A program made the translations under genes and the position numbers. Positions 1 through 6,033 of a stretch of 20,000 nt of DNA are shown piece by piece. How positions within the stretch are numbered: position 1 is the first letter of the stretch; every line of letters begins with the position of its first letter. Under the pieces are notes generated by a model. That model saw nothing but the letters and a program-made list of their open reading frames with translations, searched no databases and had not been told where the DNA came from. This DNA is from an uncultured virus (IMG/VR IMGVR_UViG_3300043436_000696) (Duplodnaviria > Heunggongvirae > Uroviricota > Caudoviricetes), in IMG/VR virus record IMGVR_UViG_3300043436_000696; one strand, written 5' to 3'.

Positions 1-65
1 ATCCATACTGCTAAGAATGGTACTAACATAGTTACTGTGAATACACTCATTTTAATCTTTTTCAT
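1..65 (-). CDS. Partial small membrane/secreted protein (runs off window start)
   Basis: ATG at 65-63 on the minus strand reads MKKIKMSVFTVTMLVPFLAVW... with no stop before the window edge. It has a basic N-terminus plus hydrophobic stretch, and the same upstream ACCCCTGA motif as its two neighbours. Confidence 0.7.
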   Translation of the reverse strand, partial: MKKIKMSVFTVTMLVPFLAVW

Positions 66-87
66 AATATATTATTTTATAATACAA

Positions 88-95
88 TCAGGGGT
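88..95 (-). promoter_or_regulatory. Conserved ACCCCTGA motif, copy 1 (candidate early phage promoter)
   Basis: Plus strand TCAGGGGT at 88-95, 22 nt upstream of the ATG at 65. Identical octamer at 416-423 and 665-672. Confidence 0.6.
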
Positions 96-103
96 AAATT
101 CTA

Positions 104-141
104 ACTTAATGACTACTACTTTTCAGTAGTAATCGTTAAGT
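104..141 (-). other. 17-pair hairpin with GAAA tetraloop overlapping the stop codon of the 92-aa ORF
   Basis: 104-120 pairs with 125-141. On the minus strand there is one G-U pair and one mismatch. The loop TTTC (121-124) reads GAAA on the minus strand. Confidence 0.65.
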
Positions 142-394
142 CTTCATCATATGCCCACTTACCAGTAGCTAGGCTATTACCTATCTCTTCACCATACATG
201 TGGTCTAATCCCTTCTCATCTTCAAAGAGAATAGTGTATGTAGGTCTACCCTCTACTGTATCAGATGGGATAATCAACATAGATCCAGGTGTATTGTGTG
301 CACACACAGGTTCATTAGTACAGCTGTAAGCTAAAACAGCTATTACAACTAATACTGTAAAAATCTCAGGAATAAAGTACTTTAAGTTTTTCAT
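116..394 (-). CDS. Small putative lipoprotein / membrane protein
   Basis: 92 aa. The N-terminal hydrophobic segment ends in LAYSC (Cys25), resembling a Bacteroidota signal peptidase II site. Ends TAG TAG. Confidence 0.7.
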   Translation of the reverse strand: MKNLKYFIPEIFTVLVVIAVLAYSCTNEPVCAHNTPGSMLIIPSDTVEGRPTYTILFEDEKGLDHMYGEEIGNSLATGKWAYDEDLTITTEK

Positions 395-415
395 AATATA
401 TATTTTATATATACA

Positions 416-423
416 TCAGGGGT
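416..423 (-). promoter_or_regulatory. Conserved ACCCCTGA motif, copy 2
   Basis: TCAGGGGT at 416-423, 21 nt upstream of the ATG at 394. Confidence 0.6.
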
Positions 424-434
424 AGAATACTACA

Positions 435-464
435 TGATAATCCCCCTAGAAAGGGAGATCATCA
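435..464 (-). other. 13-pair hairpin overlapping the stop codon of the 65-aa ORF
   Basis: 435-447 pairs with 452-464. The two plus-strand A/C mismatches become G-U pairs on the minus (coding) strand. 4-nt loop. Confidence 0.6.
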
Positions 465-643
465 TCAACTTCTACAGTCTCTACACTACTACTAATAGGC
501 AATATAATATTCTTTTCTTCCACCTCCTGATAGTATGCTTCTTCTTCCAATCTACAATTCATACAAGTATGTGATGGTTCCCACTGATTCTCATCAGGTA
601 AGTAGTATGCTGGTGTACACGTACATTCATTAATCTTTTCCAT
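446..643 (-). CDS. Small acidic Cys-containing protein with SSB-like C-terminal tail (DDDLPF)
   Basis: 65 aa. Contains CxC...HxCxxC, an acidic tail ending VDDDLPF, and the upstream ACCCCTGA motif. Confidence 0.7.
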   Translation of the reverse strand: MEKINECTCTPAYYLPDENQWEPSHTCMNCRLEEEAYYQEVEEKNIILPISSSVETVEVDDDLPF

Positions 644-664
644 AGTATTTATTTTTAATGTACG

Positions 665-672
665 TCAGGGGT
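665..672 (-). promoter_or_regulatory. Conserved ACCCCTGA motif, copy 3
   Basis: TCAGGGGT at 665-672, 21 nt upstream of the ATG at 643. Confidence 0.6.
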
Positions 673-847
673 TTCTTCCTCTCTCCCCACAGCTCATAGG
701 GGTACACACCCAATTTCTTTCTGCCGGGGGGATTTTTCTCTAAAGGTAACGCCACCGCATAACACGGAGTAAAATTTTATGGGTAGAAAAAAATTGTACA
801 CCCATGGGGATATCTTTTCATGGAGTTACGTATTATATAATATTAAA

Positions 848-879
848 TTTGTGTAGTTTAAACTTTTTAAGTATATTAT
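848..879 (+). promoter_or_regulatory. Bacteroidota sigma-type promoter (TTTG-N20-TATATTAT)
   Basis: TTTG at 848-851, a 20-nt spacer, then TATATTAT at 872-879. Resembles the Bacteroidota -33 TTTG / -7 TAnnTTTG consensus. The same geometry recurs at 17883-17914. Confidence 0.55.
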
Positions 880-896
880 AATGTAAACCAACTGTT

Positions 897-1118
897 ATGA
901 GTAAGAAAAAATACGTAGAAGGAGAAACCTCTAGTCATTATATACAGACTAAGGATAGTTATGGTAGACCCGTTAATATTCCCGTTGTGGATGTAAGGGA
1001 TGGTATTGGGGAAAGGATGTTAGCCATGGCTATTATGAAGGCTACTAATAGAAGTAAGTATATCACTTACAATGAGTACCATGTATCTAGGAAACCAGTT
1101 AATAACTTAAGTGAGTAG
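897..1118 (+). CDS. Hypothetical protein
   Basis: 73-aa ORF. First gene after the putative promoter, with an AAACCAA-N5-ATG leader. Confidence 0.6.
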   Translation: MSKKKYVEGETSSHYIQTKDSYGRPVNIPVVDVRDGIGERMLAMAIMKATNRSKYITYNEYHVSRKPVNNLSE

Positions 1119-1431
1119 TAATATGAATCTACACGAATGTAATATACATTGTCATACGATACATCCCGACCAAATGGATCTTCTTAATATAGATGATGAC
1201 CAGGGTAAGTGGATGCCGTTTATATTTGATCTAGATATAGTGGTTGCAGCTAAACAGACGTCAGAAGACGAAGAAGAGTTAGTATATAACGCTACCACTA
1301 TTTTCACTGACCACGGGGATACGTACATTATAGACACTCCCTATCACGAATTCTTTAAATTATGGAGATCTCATATTGACCCGACCAGTGGTAGACTTTC
1401 TACTAATGGTACAGGGGATTTAGAGTTTTAA
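1111..1431 (+). CDS. Hypothetical protein
   Basis: 106-aa acidic ORF with a GTG start overlapping the previous gene. Alternative ATG at 1123. Confidence 0.65.
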   Translation: MSSNMNLHECNIHCHTIHPDQMDLLNIDDDQGKWMPFIFDLDIVVAAKQTSEDEEELVYNATTIFTDHGDTYIIDTPYHEFFKLWRSHIDPTSGRLSTNGTGDLEF

Positions 1432-1462
1432 ATAATTGATTATAAAATAAAAACCAAATATT

Positions 1463-1807
1463 ATGTCTGAAGAACAAAAAGTTCCAACAAAAGAAGAGAT
1501 CATCTCTTTTCTTAATGAGCAAATTGAAGTGAAAGAACTTCAATTGAAGCTACAAGAGATCAACGCAGGCTTGGCAGTTGCCAGAGCTGAAGAGTTAAAA
1601 GCCCTAGCATTTATTGGACAGATGACTACCCAAGCGGGTAAGAAGCCTGATCAACCAGAAGGCACCCCTCACACAATCACTCAAGAAGACTTGGATAACA
1701 ATCCAGAGTTAGTTGAAGCTGGTGTGGAAGTGGGTGATGATATTATTATACCTACAGCTGCAGAGCAAGCTGAAGGAGTTCCTGCTAAAAAGTTAAAAAA
1801 GAAGTAA
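1463..1807 (+). CDS. Hypothetical protein with N-terminal coiled coil and basic tail
   Basis: 114 aa. Heptad-like N-half, an acidic HTITQEDLDNNPEL...G.EVGD segment, a KKLKKK end, and an AAACCAA-N5-ATG leader. Confidence 0.75.
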   Translation: MSEEQKVPTKEEIISFLNEQIEVKELQLKLQEINAGLAVARAEELKALAFIGQMTTQAGKKPDQPEGTPHTITQEDLDNNPELVEAGVEVGDDIIIPTAAEQAEGVPAKKLKKK

Positions 1808-1815
1808 ACACCCTT

Positions 1816-2247
1816 ATGACAACTCTTTACAAACTACGAGACTATAAGTTAGCTTACAAGTTTGAGAAGGAACATCCTAAGCCTATCCAATGGGACGAGA
1901 AGTATAAAACATACGTTTTGTCCCAAGGGGATGGGATTCAGGGTATCTGGTTTAAAGATAAAGATACTCTTATTGCTGAAATCATAATGTCTTGGACAAG
2001 TGATAATGTAGTGAAAGTAGATTCTTTTACAGTGATGCCTTCACATAGAGGTCAGGGCCTAGGTCACGATCTTATTAAAGAAGCTTTAGATTGGGCTACA
2101 GAATCAGGATTTAAATACTTTATAGGTGAAGCTCGTAAAGGAGCATCATGGAAAGTATTCCAAGCTTTTGGAGCAGAAGAAATCTTAGTTTATAAAAACT
2201 GGAGCAAGACAGGTGAAGAGTACGTAAGTTTTAAAATAGAATTATAA
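1816..2247 (+). CDS. GNAT-family N-acetyltransferase
   Basis: Motif A VDSFTVMPSHRGQGLGHDLI (R/QxxGxG acetyl-CoA loop), followed by AS-WKVFQAFG (motif B-like). Confidence 0.85.
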   Translation: MTTLYKLRDYKLAYKFEKEHPKPIQWDEKYKTYVLSQGDGIQGIWFKDKDTLIAEIIMSWTSDNVVKVDSFTVMPSHRGQGLGHDLIKEALDWATESGFKYFIGEARKGASWKVFQAFGAEEILVYKNWSKTGEEYVSFKIEL

Positions 2248-2618
2248 TGGCAATAGTAAACCAAGTAGATAAAAGAATGAGGATGGATACCTGGCAGATT
2301 GTCAAGTATCAAATCCTTACACATTGTTATCTATATAACATACAAGTATCAGAGGCAGATTTAGATTGTCTAACTTATTTAGCAATTGAGGGTGAGCAAG
2401 AACTTACATCTTTTTGTATAAAGGCTCATGCTAAAAATATATTTTCATCAACACAGTCAGTACGTAATTGTTTGACTAAAGCTGAAAAGAAAAACCTTAT
2501 TGTAAAAGAAGGAAAGAACAAAAAGAAGATTAACATCAATCCTATTATGAATGTTCATAGTAAAGGAAATGTTTTATTAGATTATAAATTCTTATCAATT
2601 GAAACCCAAGAAGGCTAA
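2247..2618 (+). CDS. Winged helix-turn-helix-like DNA-binding protein
   Basis: SEADLDCLTYL...SSTQSVRNCLTKAEKKNLIVKEG...ININP has the helix/recognition-helix/wing pattern. TAATG overlap with the GNAT gene. Confidence 0.6.
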   Translation: MAIVNQVDKRMRMDTWQIVKYQILTHCYLYNIQVSEADLDCLTYLAIEGEQELTSFCIKAHAKNIFSSTQSVRNCLTKAEKKNLIVKEGKNKKKININPIMNVHSKGNVLLDYKFLSIETQEG

Positions 2619-3030
2619 ACAATTACTACCAGAGGTAGCAGAATCTGTTGGTCTTCCTGAACAGACAGTAAAAGATATAACAGACTTTTATTGGCAGGAG
2701 ATAAGAAAAAGTCTCTCTAGTTTAAAACATACTAGAGTGCATATAACTAACTTAGGAGATTTTACAATAAAGCATTGGAAGATTGATGATAAGATATCAA
2801 TACTAGAAAAGTTTAAAGAGAATTTTAAACAAAGAGGATTACAAGAAACTGTAACTAGATTTAGAACAGATGAAAAACTCTTTGATTTAAAAGCTATGAA
2901 GAAGATGGTAGAGGAAGAGAGTCAAAGAAAAGATTTTATAAAACTACATAAATTACAATCACATGAGTCTAACAGACAACATAATAAGGATATGGAAGAA
3001 CAAGGGTCAGATTCTGGAGGGAGTAACTAA
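2599..3030 (+). CDS. HU/IHF-like histone-like DNA-binding protein
   Basis: KQLLPEVAESVGLPEQTVKDITDFYWQEIRKSL...RVHITNLGDFTIK matches the HU/IHF pattern of two helices then VxlxxfGxF. TTG start and helical C-terminal extension. IHF homologues are typical of crAss-like structural modules. Confidence 0.75.
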   Translation: MKPKKAKQLLPEVAESVGLPEQTVKDITDFYWQEIRKSLSSLKHTRVHITNLGDFTIKHWKIDDKISILEKFKENFKQRGLQETVTRFRTDEKLFDLKAMKKMVEEESQRKDFIKLHKLQSHESNRQHNKDMEEQGSDSGGSN

Positions 3031-3292
3031 TTCTATATTTAAGAAAGAAGATGTAGAAGAAATTGCACAACAGAGAATGCAGATTTGTAAGAGTTGTGCA
3101 CTTTTTGATATGCAAGGTACAGGTTGCTTAGTAGGAGGAACGGCTCCTTGTTGTGATCAAACTAAAGGAGGTTGTGGATGTAGTCTTACATTTAAAACAA
3201 GATCTTTATCTTCAGAATGCCCTAATGGACATTGGAAAGCAGAAGTAAGTCAAGAAGAGGAAGATGTTATAAACCAAAAATTAGGACTATGA
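2963..3292 (+). CDS. Cys-rich putative Zn-binding protein (DUF6171-like)
   Basis: RMQICKSC...C...CC...CGCSLTFKTRSLSSECPNGHW pattern. Confidence 0.7.
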   Translation: MSLTDNIIRIWKNKGQILEGVTNSIFKKEDVEEIAQQRMQICKSCALFDMQGTGCLVGGTAPCCDQTKGGCGCSLTFKTRSLSSECPNGHWKAEVSQEEEDVINQKLGL

Positions 3293-4128
3293 GTATATTA
3301 ATATTTACACCAGAAGACCATAAGTATAGAAGTATTGATGTAACAGATTTAACTGATTGGTTATCCGTTACTAGTTTTATAGGAAACTTTAAACAACCAT
3401 TTGATGCAGATAAGATTGCTGAGAAGTCAGCTAAGTCTAAGAAGTCAAAATGGTATGGTATGACTCCTGAAGAAATCAAAGCTGCTTGGAAAGCAGAAGC
3501 TCTTCGTGCTACAACATTAGGAACATGGTATCATAATTGTAGAGAAGCAGATATATGTGAACTTACTGATATGGAACGACATGGTAAGACTGTACCTGTA
3601 TTTAAACCTATAGAGAAAGAAGGTTGTAAATATTCTCCATCTCAAAAACTTACAGATGGAATTTATCCAGAGCATTTAGTTTATTTAAAATCTGCCGGCT
3701 TATGTGGTCAATCAGATTTAGTTGAGGTGATAGATGGGGAAGTACATATTACAGATTACAAGACTAATAAAGAAATTAAGACAGAAGGCTTTACAAACTG
3801 GGAAGGAATGGTGACTAAGATGATGTCTCCTGTATCTCATTTAGATGATTGTAACTTTATGCACTATGCATTACAATTGTCTATGTATATGTATATTATT
3901 CTTAAGCATAATCCTAGACTTAAACCAGGAAAGTTAACACTTCATCACATTATATTTGAAGAAGCAGGAAGAGATAAGTTTGATAATCCAATAACAGCTT
4001 TAGATACTACTGGTAATCCTATTGTAAAGGATGTGGTTCCTTACGATGTTCCATATTTAAAAGGAGAAGCAATATCTCTTATACATTGGTTAGAAGATAA
4101 TAGAAAAAAATTAAAACCTAAATACTAA
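3289..4128 (+). CDS. PD-(D/E)XK superfamily (RecB/Cas4-like) exonuclease
   Basis: Motifs SVTSFI, GTWYH, E...GLCGQSDLV, ITDYKT and YALQLSMY. The start is more likely the ATG at 3289 (ATGA overlap with the upstream stop) than 3232. Confidence 0.85.
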   Translation: MSILIFTPEDHKYRSIDVTDLTDWLSVTSFIGNFKQPFDADKIAEKSAKSKKSKWYGMTPEEIKAAWKAEALRATTLGTWYHNCREADICELTDMERHGKTVPVFKPIEKEGCKYSPSQKLTDGIYPEHLVYLKSAGLCGQSDLVEVIDGEVHITDYKTNKEIKTEGFTNWEGMVTKMMSPVSHLDDCNFMHYALQLSMYMYIILKHNPRLKPGKLTLHHIIFEEAGRDKFDNPITALDTTGNPIVKDVVPYDVPYLKGEAISLIHWLEDNRKKLKPKY

Positions 4129-4748
4129 TGATTTTAAATCATAATATTGATAATTTAAAATGTTTAGTAAGAGTATCTCATTTTACTCATAAACCAGAGG
4201 ACCATGATAAATACCATAACGCTTATATATTTGGTATACAATCAATAGCTGGAAAAATATTAACTTTTCATATTATGACTGATTATGGTATGCTAAGAAG
4301 TAGAGTACCAATTAGTGAAATATTTTTAAAAGAACCAACTAAAGATATTCCTTTTCATTTTAAACAGTTATGGGATTGTTTTAGTGAGAATGTATCCGTA
4401 ATTAGTTATGATTATTTATGTGAAAGAAGATGTCAAGTGGTATTAAAAGACGGAATTAAAGTTTGGGCTAGTTATTTATTCACTGTAGATTGGTATAGTA
4501 ATCCTTATTCTGATGAGCCTAGTGATTATAAATGTGGTCATATTTTAGTAGCAGATGATGGATATTTATTATGCCAACCAAATAATAGAATATTTTGGAA
4601 AGATTCTAATTGGATTACAAGACCTTTTCCACTTGACTTAAAAGAAATAAAGGTTGATGTACAGTTACCATCTGTTGAAACAGTTTCTGATAGATGGGTA
4701 AGTGAAGACACTGACTCATATTATTACAATATAAATAAAGAAGATTAA
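4128..4748 (+). CDS. Conserved phage protein of unknown function
   Basis: 206 aa with LWDCFS, YLFTVDW, KCGH and QPNNRI motifs. TAATG-coupled on both sides. Confidence 0.75.
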   Translation: MILNHNIDNLKCLVRVSHFTHKPEDHDKYHNAYIFGIQSIAGKILTFHIMTDYGMLRSRVPISEIFLKEPTKDIPFHFKQLWDCFSENVSVISYDYLCERRCQVVLKDGIKVWASYLFTVDWYSNPYSDEPSDYKCGHILVADDGYLLCQPNNRIFWKDSNWITRPFPLDLKEIKVDVQLPSVETVSDRWVSEDTDSYYYNINKED

Positions 4749-5125
4749 TGTTACTTGTAGAAACATATTTATCAGAGTCTCCAGGAAAAGGATTAGGCTT
4801 ATTTGCTAAAAACTTTATTCCAAAAGATACATTGATATGGCAGTTTGTTGAGGGTTTTGATGTAAGAGTGCATAAAGACAAATATGAAACATTAACAGAT
4901 GTTCAAAAAAACTTTGTAGATACTTATTTCTGGAAAGACGGTGATTACTTATATTCTTCTTGTGATTACTCAAACTTTCAAAATCATAGTGATAATCCAA
5001 ATTCTATTGGGTTAGATGAAGATAAGATGATAGCCTCAAGAGACATTCATCCGAATGAAGAAATATTAGTTTCTTATGAAAGTTTTGATGATGATTTTGA
5101 GTTGTATAAAAATAAATTAAAATGA
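4748..5125 (+). CDS. SET-domain protein (putative protein-lysine methyltransferase)
   Basis: Motifs SPGKGLGLFAKNFIPKDT (GxG), FQNHSDNPN (NHS) and ASRDIHPNEEILVSY (EEIxxxY with catalytic Tyr). No post-SET cysteines. Confidence 0.88.
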   Translation: MLLVETYLSESPGKGLGLFAKNFIPKDTLIWQFVEGFDVRVHKDKYETLTDVQKNFVDTYFWKDGDYLYSSCDYSNFQNHSDNPNSIGLDEDKMIASRDIHPNEEILVSYESFDDDFELYKNKLK

Positions 5126-5634
5126 TAAGACTATTTGATATACAGAACGGACAAGTAACTGCAAGTGAGCATTGTTATACACTTAAGTTTCTTAAGAATA
5201 TAATGACTGAGTATCCTTTAGAATATTTAAAGGTTTACACTTACTTATTTTATATGACTTGTCCTAACCCAGATATAAATCCATTCTTTCATTTTCCAGA
5301 GAGTGAAAAGGAAGAAGTTATATTAGAAGAGGTGGATGGAGACTTTTCTCCTGAAGATGACGCTATAGTGTATGCATTACAGAGATGTAAGCAAATGTAT
5401 GAGACAGAAACATCTAGAGCATATTATGGAATTAAGACAGCTTTGGATAATCTAGGAAAGGTATTAGCCACAGAAACTCCTACATTTGGTAGAGATGGAT
5501 CAGCTGTAGGTATTCTTAGAATAGCAGAAAGATTTGATTCTGTAAGACAATCTTATAAAGGAGTATATAAAGATTTAATGGATGAACAACAGTCTTCTGT
5601 AAGAGGAGGACAAGACTTAGCATATGATCAATAA
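5122..5634 (+). CDS. Conserved phage protein, possible terminase small subunit
   Basis: 170 aa with a helical C-half ending VRGGQDL. Located shortly upstream of terL. The function call is positional inference. Confidence 0.5.
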   Translation: MIRLFDIQNGQVTASEHCYTLKFLKNIMTEYPLEYLKVYTYLFYMTCPNPDINPFFHFPESEKEEVILEEVDGDFSPEDDAIVYALQRCKQMYETETSRAYYGIKTALDNLGKVLATETPTFGRDGSAVGILRIAERFDSVRQSYKGVYKDLMDEQQSSVRGGQDLAYDQ

Positions 5635-5734
5635 TGTAGGGTGGTGAAACTGGCAGACACGCTACCTTGTCTCGGTAGTGTTTAGTTTTGTAAATAAAAA
5701 ACTAGATATGGAGGTTCAAATCCTTCCCCTACAG
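5635..5734 (+). tRNA. Atypical tRNA, anticodon GTC (Asp), with class II D-arm and very long variable arm
   Basis: Acceptor TGTAGGG/CCCTACA; D-arm GTG-AAACTGGCAGA-CAC; anticodon arm CTACC-TTGTCTC-GGTAG; 11-bp variable stem 5679-5708; T-arm GGAGG-TTCAAAT-CCTTC; discriminator G; no encoded CCA. Confidence 0.8.
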
Positions 5735-5748
5735 CTTAATTAAAAATT

Positions 5749-6033
5749 ATGAAAACAGAAGTTTACACAGATTTAGAAATCAAAGAGTTTGCCGCTATTG
5801 GTGAAGAGTTAAGACCAGAATCAGATTACATGAATGATTGGGTATTTCATTTTAACCCTTACAATCAGTTATGGAATGCTATTCCAAGAAACGTTTGTAA
5901 TGAGTATTGGAGTAATAGTCAGCATCATGCTGTATTAAGAAGCAAACATTTAAACACACTATTAGACATGCTTCACCGTACAAAAGGTGATACAGGAATG
6001 ATAGAAGATCTTACACGTGGAGAAATTAGATAA
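5749..6033 (+). CDS. Hypothetical protein
   Basis: 94-aa ORF with an A-rich leader and a WVFHFNPYNQLWNAIPR segment. Lies between the tRNA and terL. Confidence 0.7.
   Translation: MKTEVYTDLEIKEFAAIGEELRPESDYMNDWVFHFNPYNQLWNAIPRNVCNEYWSNSQHHAVLRSKHLNTLLDMLHRTKGDTGMIEDLTRGEIR

Noticed and set aside
88..672. ACCCCTGA repeats as a CRISPR-like array
   Set aside because: The repeat is only 8 nt and the intervals are 249-328 nt containing whole ORFs.
3232..3288. Upstream start for the nuclease at 3232
   Set aside because: It adds an implausible 19-aa basic extension overlapping the previous gene. The ATG at 3289 forms a typical ATGA coupling.
3289..4128. Cas4 / CRISPR system
   Set aside because: There is no clear four-Cys Fe-S arrangement, no repeat-spacer array and no other cas genes. 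It is a generic phage PD-(D/E)XK nuclease.
5735..5748. Theta (HDV-like) ribozyme after the tRNA
   Set aside because: Only 14 AT-rich nt separate the tRNA from the next ATG, leaving no room or pairing for it.
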